Program-made: the position numbers and the translations under genes | Source of the DNA: a virus | DNA: 64,000 nt | IMG/VR virus record: IMGVR_UViG_3300032053_000019 | Coordinates: 1-64,000 of that record | Strand: one strand, 5' to 3' | Shown here: one piece after another, positions 20,102 to 28,905 of the stretch | Layout: each line of letters begins with the position of its first letter | How positions within the stretch are numbered: the first letter of the stretch is position 1 | The notes under the pieces: generated by a model | What the model saw: the letters and a program-made list of their open reading frames with translations, nothing else | What the model was told of the DNA's origin: nothing | Databases searched by the model: none

Positions 20102-21442
20102 ATGAATGATAAAGCATGTCTTAACTGTTACCATTGCGAGAAAGGGGTAGCAAAACATGTGAACGCAGAAATGTTTCTTCAGGCTCAAGCCGATGGGAAG
20201 ATTCCTGAGGAGTGGTTCGTGAAGGATGATTCCATTGACTGTGCCGATTGTTACCACTGCCAAAAGTGCTATGCTGATCAAAAAGACAAAGGTACTAGTG
20301 GGCAGAACGAAGCAAACTATTTCGTTTTTCTAACGAACGAATGTAACCTTCGTTGTACCTATTGTTACGCAACGAAGAAACCGATCTCCGCAACTAAGGA
20401 AATGCTTGATCGGCTGAAAGTCTTTCTCACCGAGGAGGAAGACAAACGGTTGGGCGCTCATGACATCAGTATTCAATTCTTCGGAGGAGAGCCAACGGTT
20501 GAGTGGAATAGCCTCACTCAATTTGTAGAGGAGTTCTCTGACTATTACAATAAGTTGTATGGACGAAAGGTTCGTTGGGGTATGACCACCAACGCAACTC
20601 TTCTCAATCGGGAGCGTTTGGAGTTCATGAAGAAGTGGGAGATGATTCCTCTCTTCAGTATTGACGGACGACCAGAGACTCATGATCATCATAGGAAGAC
20701 AGTTGGTGGGGGAAACTCCCATCATCTTATTCCATTGGATTTGATCTTGGAGTATTACCCAACTCCGGAAATACGTCCGACCATTACCCCTGATACGGTA
20801 GCAGACTGGTTGGCTGATCTTCGCTGGTTCCATAGCAAGGGGTTGTATATTGTAGCTACTGAAGTAGCGTACGAGGCGGATTGGACAGAAGAGAGCCTTT
20901 TGTCGGCCCGCCAAATGTACGAGAGTCTTGCCGAGATTTACGTTGAACGAAGGCGGGCGGGACTACCAGTCTGGATGAAGTTCATTGAGGATGGTCTTGG
21001 GTTCCTTGGATCACAAGAACAAACCGGCCACGTTTGCGGAATTGCACGTGGTGTGGTGGGCGTTGATTCCGAAGGGAAGTTGTTTGCTTGCCAACGGTAT
21101 GCCTCGTTCTCGGATCCATCACTGGCGATCGGTGACATTTGGAAAGGGTTTGATGAGCATAAACTGGCTGAGGTTCAGGATCTCAAGCGGGAGTATATGT
21201 ATCCTGATCCTACCTCGGGGTTCAAGTGTGACGATTGTGTGGCTAAATGGAGATGCCGAGGTGGGTGTAATGCGATGAACTTTCAATGCACGGGTGATCG
21301 TAAGATGATTCTCACCAACCATTGTAAGTTTCAAAGGATGTGGGCTGAGATTTCCCTCACTGCCCTTGCACGAACGGGGGAGCTTTGGGGAAAGAAATAT
21401 AAAAAACCTGGTACGTGTGAAGATCAACCTAGCGAGAGATAA
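20102..21442 (+). CDS. Radical SAM/SPASM-domain peptide maturase
   Basis: CNLRCTYC, FFGGEP, SIDG; SPASM motif CG...G.LFAC...CDDC...CRGGC...C. Confidence 0.9.
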   Translation: MNDKACLNCYHCEKGVAKHVNAEMFLQAQADGKIPEEWFVKDDSIDCADCYHCQKCYADQKDKGTSGQNEANYFVFLTNECNLRCTYCYATKKPISATKEMLDRLKVFLTEEEDKRLGAHDISIQFFGGEPTVEWNSLTQFVEEFSDYYNKLYGRKVRWGMTTNATLLNRERLEFMKKWEMIPLFSIDGRPETHDHHRKTVGGGNSHHLIPLDLILEYYPTPEIRPTITPDTVADWLADLRWFHSKGLYIVATEVAYEADWTEESLLSARQMYESLAEIYVERRRAGLPVWMKFIEDGLGFLGSQEQTGHVCGIARGVVGVDSEGKLFACQRYASFSDPSLAIGDIWKGFDEHKLAEVQDLKREYMYPDPTSGFKCDDCVAKWRCRGGCNAMNFQCTGDRKMILTNHCKFQRMWAEISLTALARTGELWGKKYKKPGTCEDQPSER

Positions 21443-21444
21443 CA

Positions 21445-22692
21445 ATGCCTGGAAGCAGAGAACGGTTCATTACTGAGGCGGAACTAGACCGCATTCTACA
21501 GAACTATCTCAAAAGAATAAAAGCAATAGTAAGTGGGGCGTCCGTCTTTACGGACTTAACGGATGTTCCAAATAGTTATGCTGGAGAAGGTGGAAAGGTT
21601 GTCGTGGTGAAGGCAACTGTAGATGGTCTTGAGTTTGCCGCCGCTGGTGCAGGCGACATGATGAAGGCCATCTACGATACCAACGACGATGGTGTGGTGG
21701 ATGCGTCTGACTATGCCACTGAGGCGGGGGATGCTGATACGGTCGATGGAGACCATGCCGCTGACTTTGCTCCTGTCTCCCATCAGCATGGCGGTGGAGA
21801 CATTATCTCTCAGGTAGGTGATTCAGACAAGGTTGATGGAGAGCATGCCTCAGCGTTTGCCGACGCGTTACATAAGGCACAACACGAAAGTGGTGGGGGT
21901 GCTGATGCGATCAAGCTGGACGATTTAGCCGCTCCGGACGATAACACAGACCTTGATGTTTCGCCGACACTCCATGGCCTTGCTCCGAAGCGAGACGGAG
22001 ATGCTAAGAGTTTCTTGAGTGGATTAGGAACATGGCTAAAGCCGGGAATATATACTCTTCTCAATGAACCCTTCGATGGACTCAATACTGCCAATATTAA
22101 TGCGCAAGGATCATATACTAACTTTGGCGCATGGGCAGTAACTCTGATTGGGGACACCACGGCGAAGGTTGTTGTTAATGCGGGCGCGGATAAGATGGGA
22201 CAACTTGACGGCGATACCGTGATAGAAGGGACGTCACGATGCTACATAATAACCGGGGCGACGTGGCCCTGGGGCTTATGTTGGGGGACTCGTTTCCATT
22301 GTAAAATTAGAACGTCAGATAAAACTGTGGGAACAAAGGGGGTTCAGATCGGAGGGGCGGCGAACGCCGATTGCTATCAGGTTTATTTTAATACTGTAAG
22401 CGGAGGGAGCCTAGCCTATTGGAATGGGTCATCTATTACCTCGTTAGTGAATCCCGTCGTCAATAATCAGTGGTACGAAGTCGACATTTTCATCTGCGGA
22501 TATTCAACGCCTTCCGCACTCGTCTTCATTGACGGAGTTCAGATGGGAGCACCGAAGGCGTGCCGCGCGAACTCTGAAAACTGGAATCAGGTGTCCTTTT
22601 ATTGTAATACCGCAGGTACGGCGGCCCGTATCAATCTTGATTTCGACGATCTTCAGATAGCAACCAATTGGTTCTGGAGTTTGCAGGATTAA
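21445..22692 (+). CDS. Tail fibre/receptor-binding-like protein
   Basis: FTDLTDVP, D-D.VDG.HA..FA repeats, C-terminal ConA-like domain. Confidence 0.65.
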   Translation: MPGSRERFITEAELDRILQNYLKRIKAIVSGASVFTDLTDVPNSYAGEGGKVVVVKATVDGLEFAAAGAGDMMKAIYDTNDDGVVDASDYATEAGDADTVDGDHAADFAPVSHQHGGGDIISQVGDSDKVDGEHASAFADALHKAQHESGGGADAIKLDDLAAPDDNTDLDVSPTLHGLAPKRDGDAKSFLSGLGTWLKPGIYTLLNEPFDGLNTANINAQGSYTNFGAWAVTLIGDTTAKVVVNAGADKMGQLDGDTVIEGTSRCYIITGATWPWGLCWGTRFHCKIRTSDKTVGTKGVQIGGAANADCYQVYFNTVSGGSLAYWNGSSITSLVNPVVNNQWYEVDIFICGYSTPSALVFIDGVQMGAPKACRANSENWNQVSFYCNTAGTAARINLDFDDLQIATNWFWSLQD

Positions 22693-22730
22693 CTTAATGA
22701 TACAGAAAACAAATGTTGAAGGAGGGTCAG

Positions 22731-22985
22731 ATGATCCTTGGCCTGTACTTCTTGATCGGAGTCGTTCAGGACTTTTTGATCGCAAAGTACTATCTAGCCC
22801 TATCACGTCACTCGGTCTGGTTGGCCTCTATCTTGGCCATGGTCATTACGTATGGAACTATGAAAGTATTCAATCTTACATTCGGATCAGATTCCCTCTT
22901 CCTCGCGTATGCGTTGGGAACTGGGGCTGGAACCTTTCTTGGATGTAGAAAAAGGAGAGTTAAACATGGCACCAGAAGAATTTGA
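22731..22985 (+). CDS. Small three-helix membrane protein (DUF5698-like; holin candidate)
   Basis: Three hydrophobic segments, AYALGTGAG, basic C-terminus. Confidence 0.5.
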   Translation: MILGLYFLIGVVQDFLIAKYYLALSRHSVWLASILAMVITYGTMKVFNLTFGSDSLFLAYALGTGAGTFLGCRKRRVKHGTRRI

Positions 22986-23268
22986 ACGTTACCTGCGGGA
23001 AGTCGCTGAATTTAAAGGACGAGCTGAGGAAGCACTAAGGGTAGCGAATGAAAACATTACCGCTATTATTGGTTCACTAAAAAGCAATCACGAATGTATT
23101 TGTGAAGTAAAGCAAGCGGTTGAAGATATACAACAAGAAATTGCTATCCAAAAAGCAGTACAGAAGGTCAAGAATGGTATGTATGGAGCAGTGGGTGGGT
23201 TCGCATCAGCCATACTTCTATTTCTTGTTTCGGCGTTGTTGAAGTTAAAACTATTCGGAGGGAACTAA
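22966..23268 (+). CDS. Coiled-coil protein with C-terminal TM helix (holin/XhlA-like)
   Basis: Heptad region followed by GMYGAVGGFASAILLFLV. Confidence 0.5.
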   Translation: MAPEEFERYLREVAEFKGRAEEALRVANENITAIIGSLKSNHECICEVKQAVEDIQQEIAIQKAVQKVKNGMYGAVGGFASAILLFLVSALLKLKLFGGN

Positions 23269-23269
23269 T

Positions 23270-23575
23270 ATGAATTGCTCAATCGAAGAGGCGGAACGAA
23301 GCGCACTTAGTCAGGTCAAGTTTATCAATGCCGTACTTGAGGAGTGCCGAAAAAGGAACCAGGATTTAACTACAAAGTTCGGTCCCTCCTATGGTAAGTT
23401 TGTGGGCATCGGCACTGTCTATGAGGAGGCTATTCATTCACTACGAAAGGTCAAGTCCGAACTCGATGGGTTCCTTGATGTTATCCGAGAAAATCTGAGG
23501 CGAGAGGTGATCAGGCGACCAAAGGTACGGTATCCTGAGCCCATGGGTAACTCCCCTGAACTACCTATTTTTTAG
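23270..23575 (+). CDS. Hypothetical protein
   Basis: ORF with GGAGG RBS. Confidence 0.55.
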   Translation: MNCSIEEAERSALSQVKFINAVLEECRKRNQDLTTKFGPSYGKFVGIGTVYEEAIHSLRKVKSELDGFLDVIRENLRREVIRRPKVRYPEPMGNSPELPIF

Positions 23576-23668
23576 GGGACTCTGGGGACATGATCAAAGG
23601 AAATTGAAAATATTTTCTATTCTCTTTCTTATCAATAGTTTATAGTACCCATTTTAGGAAAGTAATGC

Positions 23669-23697
23669 TTGACACTTAGAAAACCATCATATATAAT
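23669..23697 (+). promoter_or_regulatory. Sigma70-type early promoter P1
   Basis: TTGACA-17 bp-TATAAT, perfect consensus. Confidence 0.9.
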
Positions 23698-23728
23698 AAT
23701 AGTGAGGATGAAAATGAGAAAGGCAAAG

Positions 23729-24205
23729 ATGGTAAAAGAAATCCTTCAGGTCCTGAGCCTAAGCCTTTTCCTTTTTGGATTTGCAAAGCATCCTTTGATC
23801 ATTGGAGCCGATTCAGTTTCGGAACAAACCATCCGGCAAAGTATCAATAAATTGAGTGGGTGGGATCGGCGGTGCATCTGGGAAATTCGGATCATTACTT
23901 CAGAAGATGAGTGGGCAACTGAACTCTCCGGATATCGGCCGAAGAGTGCTTTGGGGATGTGTGAGAGTGATGGTGGTCGGATCCTCCTTCGTGCAACTCC
24001 TGGTGTGGTGGTGACCGAGTATAACATCCTTCATGAGATTGGTCATGCAGTTTGGTTCCTTCGGTTGACGCAGAGTGAACGTAAGGACGTTGAGGAACTT
24101 TTTGATCAGGCCAAGAAGGGGTTGGTTTCCTTCCCCACGAAGTATAGTGAGAAGAACGTTGAGGAGTTCTTCGCCGAATCGTTTGCGCTTGCGAAGGGAG
24201 TCTGA
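23729..24205 (+). CDS. Zinc metallopeptidase (ATLF/MPTase-like) with hydrophobic N-terminus
   Basis: LHEIGH and EFFAESF motifs. Confidence 0.7.
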   Translation: MVKEILQVLSLSLFLFGFAKHPLIIGADSVSEQTIRQSINKLSGWDRRCIWEIRIITSEDEWATELSGYRPKSALGMCESDGGRILLRATPGVVVTEYNILHEIGHAVWFLRLTQSERKDVEELFDQAKKGLVSFPTKYSEKNVEEFFAESFALAKGV

Positions 24206-24207
24206 CC

Positions 24208-24768
24208 ATGGATAATTTCGTGACTTACGATCCATCGCGGACTATCGGAGATAACTTGATCAACAAGATCAATCATGGCGACCATGTGGTCATCATTGAA
24301 ACCAACGAACTAGCAGTAGTTGAGCGCGTTTTCAAAACCAGCGCCTTTGGTCCTGCACTCCTGGTCGTTCGCCTTCAGACCCGCCGAGCCGATGGTGACC
24401 CAGTGGTCGTCGTTGAGGAGCGGGAAGTAAGAGTCAATCATGGCTCCTCCTCTCAGGATCAGTCGGCGCTCGAATCCTCGCGCCCAACTGGATTGATTGG
24501 TCCTGAGAGCAGGGGTCGTGAGGGGCTGGTACCCGGGGCGGAGAATTCCGCCTCTGCCGATGAACAATTGGCACCAGCTTCCTCCCCCCTCATTGATGCC
24601 AAGGCCGAACGCGCCTATCAGTTCTCCGCCCAATGGTTGTGCAGGGCCAACGAGGCCAGTGAGAAGGGCCTGAAGGCGAAGGCAGAGAGGTACTATCAGA
24701 TATCTGCCCGGTGGCTCATGCGCTATAATGACCTGGTTGAGAAGCACGGAGCCAAGGGGATTAAGTGA
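24208..24768 (+). CDS. Hypothetical protein with internal repeat
   Basis: AKAERAYQFSAQWL and AKAERYYQISARWL. Confidence 0.55.
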   Translation: MDNFVTYDPSRTIGDNLINKINHGDHVVIIETNELAVVERVFKTSAFGPALLVVRLQTRRADGDPVVVVEEREVRVNHGSSSQDQSALESSRPTGLIGPESRGREGLVPGAENSASADEQLAPASSPLIDAKAERAYQFSAQWLCRANEASEKGLKAKAERYYQISARWLMRYNDLVEKHGAKGIK

Positions 24769-26111
24769 TGAACGACCAGCCGATCAAAGAGGAACGAATC
24801 TTCGAGATCCCGGATTGTAATTGGCGCCTCTTTGAGGAACGATTCCTCAAGATCCTGAAGCGCTCTAAAAAGTTGAACTGCGGAGAGGTCGGCTATGAGA
24901 TCGTTAAGGAGACGATCAAGCAAGCCCCTTCCATCATTATTAAGGGCGACTATGATCAGGGCGGCGTTGATGAGATCAAGGAAGACAAGCGTCTGATCAA
25001 GTGGCGCACGATTCGGGTCTGGGGCGACTCGCCCAAGATTGCTGGTTGGACCTTCATCGCAAAACTCGAGCATGATGAAAAGATCGGTACCTGCGTCAAG
25101 ACACTTCCTGGATATGAGATTCCGATTGAATATCGGGACGCCGATCGTTACACTTGCGATCACTGCCGGAAGCACCTCTGGCGCCGAGATACCTTCATCG
25201 TTCGGAATGATGAAGGCGTGCACAAGCAAGTCGGTCGTCAGTGCCTTCGGGATTTCTTGGGGCATGAGAATCCTGAGCACGCCGCCCAATATGCGGAATA
25301 CTTCCTAGCGGTCTTCCGCATGGCGGACGATGCTGAGGAATATGGTTGGGGCAGTGGACACTATGAAGAGGAATACTTCGAACTCAAGCAGGTCCTGGCT
25401 CACACCATCGCGGCCATTGCGACCTACGGATGGTTGTCCCGATCAAAGGCAGATACGGGATTGGGTCAGGCTACTGCCTCAAGAGTGGGAGAGTACTTCG
25501 CTACTGACCCCTCAGGGCATGATGAGACATTAAACTTCACTTCAGAAATGCTGGTGGAGGCGGATAGAATTATTGAATGGGCCTCCTCCCTTCCTCAGGA
25601 AGAGATAGACAAGGACGATTACATTTACAATCTTAGCATCATTGCGAAGGCAGGCGTTACCACTCCTCGGCGGTTTGGGTTTGCGTGCTCCATGGTCGCC
25701 GCCTATAATTATCGCATGGGCAAGGCGGCTGAGCAGTCGGCAAAGATGGTTGAGGCGGAGAAGTCAAAACACTTCGGGGAGGTGGGCACACGACTCCTGA
25801 TAGGCGAAGCCATCCTAGTTGGGGAGTATGGGCCCTTCGACACTCAGTGGGGCCTCTCCCGCCTTTATAAGTTCAAAAAGGACAACTTCGTTTTCACATG
25901 GTTCACCGGATCGGTCCTCAATCACGAAACCAAGGTCTATAGCAAAGAAGGTTACCAGACCAATTATAAAAAGGTTGAGATCGGTGAGATCGTGATGATC
26001 AAAAAGGCCACAGTTAGAGAGCATAAGGAGTGGCACGGATGGAAGGAGACTTCAATCACCCACCTAACCTTTGAGGGACTCAAGCATGAGCAACCCTATC
26101 AGGGAGAATGA
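24765..26111 (+). CDS. Conserved phage protein (Zn finger, possible C-terminal OB fold)
   Basis: CDHC...RR...VG..CL.DF motif. Confidence 0.6.
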   Translation: MMNDQPIKEERIFEIPDCNWRLFEERFLKILKRSKKLNCGEVGYEIVKETIKQAPSIIIKGDYDQGGVDEIKEDKRLIKWRTIRVWGDSPKIAGWTFIAKLEHDEKIGTCVKTLPGYEIPIEYRDADRYTCDHCRKHLWRRDTFIVRNDEGVHKQVGRQCLRDFLGHENPEHAAQYAEYFLAVFRMADDAEEYGWGSGHYEEEYFELKQVLAHTIAAIATYGWLSRSKADTGLGQATASRVGEYFATDPSGHDETLNFTSEMLVEADRIIEWASSLPQEEIDKDDYIYNLSIIAKAGVTTPRRFGFACSMVAAYNYRMGKAAEQSAKMVEAEKSKHFGEVGTRLLIGEAILVGEYGPFDTQWGLSRLYKFKKDNFVFTWFTGSVLNHETKVYSKEGYQTNYKKVEIGEIVMIKKATVREHKEWHGWKETSITHLTFEGLKHEQPYQGE

Positions 26112-26362
26112 AGATGATCAATAAGTCGGAACTTTTAGCAAACATCGGAAAGAGAGCGTTTCATCTTGCCCCCAGATACTTTACCAAGTCGAACTATGAA
26201 GTCAACAAGCATGGAACTGGGATCATAAAGGCGGTCACCGATCTGGCCGGTGTACTTTATTACCGAGTTGACATTCCTACTAACCGGCCTGGGTATCGGA
26301 GTTCCTACTGGCTTCCTGAAGATACCACCATCCTTGACACCGTTGAAACCAATCTTATATAA
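26108..26362 (+). CDS. Hypothetical protein
   Basis: Translationally coupled ORF. Confidence 0.5.
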   Translation: MKMINKSELLANIGKRAFHLAPRYFTKSNYEVNKHGTGIIKAVTDLAGVLYYRVDIPTNRPGYRSSYWLPEDTTILDTVETNLI

Positions 26363-26383
26363 TATGAGCATGAGGAGATATCA

Positions 26384-26707
26384 ATGAGTAACGAACTCAG
26401 AATAGGAGATAAGGTTCTCCTACCCGGTGGAGAGGCGGGCACCGTCTATCGGATCATTAATGATCACGACCTGCCCGAACCCCTTTGTATAGTTGCCCTT
26501 TCCCAACCTCGTTCCAATGGGGTGAAGGTGGACACTGCCCTCGTCTCGGAACTGGAGTTGGTGGTGGACAAGCCGAAGATTGAGTGGGTCGTTTCCGTCT
26601 GCCCGATCTGCGGCACGACGTATCCCCACCGTTCCAATTACCAGCCCAAGACATGCTCAAAGATGGACTGCCTTCAGAAGGGTATGATCAAGGGACTTTT
26701 TAGCTAG
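26384..26707 (+). CDS. Hypothetical protein (KOW-like plus Zn ribbon)
   Basis: IGDKV...G.V; CPICG...CSKMDC. Confidence 0.55.
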   Translation: MSNELRIGDKVLLPGGEAGTVYRIINDHDLPEPLCIVALSQPRSNGVKVDTALVSELELVVDKPKIEWVVSVCPICGTTYPHRSNYQPKTCSKMDCLQKGMIKGLFS

Positions 26708-26716
26708 GAGGCAAAG

Positions 26717-26950
26717 ATGACCATCTATGAAGTCGGTTACAAAGTCACAGTTAGGCAGTTCGGAGAGTCCCGGGGAAAGTTTCATCTCTGCTTTTCCACA
26801 CTCTCAGGTGCGAAGGGGGAGGCGTATTGGATATTCAATAGCTGGTCCGGAGTAGAAGAGGTTCGTGTCTACTCAAAGAATTCTCCCAACTACCGGTACG
26901 GTATGTCAATCGTCTTCTCCCTCAGCCGAAAGGACCTGGAGAAAAGATGA
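26717..26950 (+). CDS. Hypothetical protein
   Basis: AGGAGG RBS. Confidence 0.55.
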   Translation: MTIYEVGYKVTVRQFGESRGKFHLCFSTLSGAKGEAYWIFNSWSGVEEVRVYSKNSPNYRYGMSIVFSLSRKDLEKR

Positions 26951-27144
26951 AACGATTCCATCAGATCCATAACTTCACCTATGACATCGTAGACAAGTTT
27001 TTCCTTCCTTGTGATCCCAAGTGTCCGATCAATACATTAATGGGTTCCAGTCGCCTCTGGGATCATACTGGTGTCTTTGATAAAATGAACGTGGGAGAGA
27101 GGGTAGCCTTCTCCGGTACGACCCATCTTATACGAGTTTCATAA
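26947..27144 (+). CDS. Hypothetical protein
   Basis: ATGA coupling. Confidence 0.45.
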   Translation: MKRFHQIHNFTYDIVDKFFLPCDPKCPINTLMGSSRLWDHTGVFDKMNVGERVAFSGTTHLIRVS

Positions 27145-27154
27145 GGAGACGATC

Positions 27155-27415
27155 ATGGACGAGACAAAAATCACGAGAGGCAAGGACGGCAGGAAAAAGT
27201 ATACGTGGGTGGTCAAGTTGGGAGTTTCGGAAACCTGGGTCGAAGATGGCTTTGAACTGACCGACGAACGGGCTCTCGAAATGCTGTCGAAGTATATCGG
27301 CTATGCGTTCATCGGTCTTGAGCTATCTGCCCGAGTTATCGCCAGACCAAACCAGAACTTGGTTGCTAAGGCCCAGGGATACAAGTCGTTCAAGGATAAG
27401 GAATCCAAAAAGTGA
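27155..27415 (+). CDS. Hypothetical protein
   Basis: AAGGAG RBS. Confidence 0.55.
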   Translation: MDETKITRGKDGRKKYTWVVKLGVSETWVEDGFELTDERALEMLSKYIGYAFIGLELSARVIARPNQNLVAKAQGYKSFKDKESKK

Positions 27416-27442
27416 TTATGCTCAATCCATCGGAGCGAACTA

Positions 27443-27739
27443 ATGTCCTACCACAGTTATTGGTCCTATAACTCTCGCGAGGCTCACGAGCAAGGCCACC
27501 AGGATGAGTTCTATAGTCGACTAGTATCTTATGACTTTGATCGTTACTCCTCCGACGAGAGAGATCGAGCCTACTTCGAGGGTCGAGAGGACGAACGACG
27601 CGAAGAGGAGCACCGATGTGAGGAACGAGAAGAGGAACGGTGTGAGGAGAGGCGTCACCATCAGGCCATGCTTGATAAGGCACAGGAAGATGCCTACTAT
27701 GAGTCCATTCCTGAACCAGTAGAGGAGCCTGAACCATGA
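27443..27739 (+). CDS. Highly charged hypothetical protein
   Basis: Glu/Arg-rich ORF. Confidence 0.5.
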   Translation: MSYHSYWSYNSREAHEQGHQDEFYSRLVSYDFDRYSSDERDRAYFEGREDERREEEHRCEEREEERCEERRHHQAMLDKAQEDAYYESIPEPVEEPEP

Positions 27740-27981
27740 TCAGAGAATATCCGACACTTACCAAACTCCGTCGTGGTGAGGTAGTTGAGTTGGGCGGTAT
27801 GCTATTCAAGAAAGACGAAGGTGATCTGAAGCCAGGCGACCTATACATCGCCGAACGTAACGGATCACCAAAGCTTCTAGAAGTGAAGCGAGTCGATCTT
27901 GATTACGGAACAGTCGTTCCTACCACTCCAGAGTATTGCTTCGACTTAGGCGAATGTATAAAGATAAAGGAGACAAAGTGA
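27736..27981 (+). CDS. Hypothetical protein
   Basis: Coupled ORF with RBS. Confidence 0.5.
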   Translation: MIREYPTLTKLRRGEVVELGGMLFKKDEGDLKPGDLYIAERNGSPKLLEVKRVDLDYGTVVPTTPEYCFDLGECIKIKETK

Positions 27982-28157
27982 AAACTATCATGACTCAGGT
28001 CGGTGCGGCAGAGAGGAAAGTCAAGATCCTACGGGTTAGCGATCAAGAGGGGCGTGCCCGAGTGGCCTCTGGTGAGGCCATCTTTGTCCCGAAGTCAGAG
28101 TTCAAAAAGGCCCATCCTGAGAAGAAGGGGCCGGCCGAGACCAAAGGGAAAAGATGA
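27978..28157 (+). CDS. Hypothetical protein
   Basis: AAGGAG RBS and GTGA coupling. Confidence 0.5.
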   Translation: MKTIMTQVGAAERKVKILRVSDQEGRARVASGEAIFVPKSEFKKAHPEKKGPAETKGKR

Positions 28158-28357
28158 GTTGCAAGTTCGAAAAGGTCTGTGTTGATCAGGTGCCTATGCC
28201 TTTCGGTCCAGGTACCTGTTCCATGAGGACGTCGGAGTGTGAGCATCCGGACGCGACCGACGAAGACATGGATAACTGCGGTCTCGAGTGTCGGCTCTAT
28301 GAACTTGATGAAGATGAGGATGACCCCTTGTTTGATGAACCCGAGGAGGAACCATGA
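28154..28357 (+). CDS. Small Cys-rich acidic protein
   Basis: Coupled ORF with six Cys. Confidence 0.45.
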   Translation: MSCKFEKVCVDQVPMPFGPGTCSMRTSECEHPDATDEDMDNCGLECRLYELDEDEDDPLFDEPEEEP

Positions 28358-28545
28358 TCACTCAACCGATCCTGAAAATAATCGGTGAGGACGGCAACGC
28401 CTTCGCCATCCTGGGCAAGGCTCAACGAGTTGCCAGACAGGCTGGTTGGCCTCAGGAAAAAATTGACCAGATGATGAATGAGGCCCGATCAGGTGACTAT
28501 GACCATCTCCTTCAAACGATGATGGAATACTTTGATGTTAGATAG
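28354..28545 (+). CDS. Conserved small phage protein
   Basis: GEDGNAFAILG...SGDYDHLL motif. Confidence 0.65.
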   Translation: MITQPILKIIGEDGNAFAILGKAQRVARQAGWPQEKIDQMMNEARSGDYDHLLQTMMEYFDVR

Positions 28546-28807
28546 TGAAGTGAAGGTCGCTACCACCGATGCTTTGAAGTATACCGCCCAGGATTGTTAT
28601 GAGGCTATACAAGCAAACCCTGACAATCCGAAAGTCCCGGAATACTTCAGACTGCGAAAGGCTTGTCTAGGCGAACTGGGTCGTAGAGGGGGGCATACTG
28701 ACCTCCCAGCCCATCATGCCTCTCCTGATCCATCCGCCTCGCAAATGGGCGTAGAGCCTCCTGCTACAGTATCAGAAGGGCCTCTGTCTACCCATATAAA
28801 GCCGTAA
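28535..28807 (+). CDS. Hypothetical protein
   Basis: Overlapping ORF. Confidence 0.4.
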   Translation: MLDSEVKVATTDALKYTAQDCYEAIQANPDNPKVPEYFRLRKACLGELGRRGGHTDLPAHHASPDPSASQMGVEPPATVSEGPLSTHIKP

Positions 28808-28839
28808 TGAAAGTTTTTACGAAAAAACGAAAATAATGC

Positions 28840-28868
28840 TTGACACTCAGAAACCTCTACTATATAAT
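28840..28868 (+). promoter_or_regulatory. Sigma70-type early promoter P2
   Basis: TTGACA-17 bp-TATAAT; spacer similar to P1. Confidence 0.9.
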
Positions 28869-28905
28869 AAAGATGAGAATGAAAATTGATCATAAGGAGG
28901 CAAAG

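Noticed and set aside
23669-23728. Long N-terminal extensions in the ORF track (TTG starts at 23669 and 28840; also 54667 and 9175)
   Set aside because: The first two starts are the TTG of the -35 box. Downstream ATGs with an RBS or translational coupling are more plausible.
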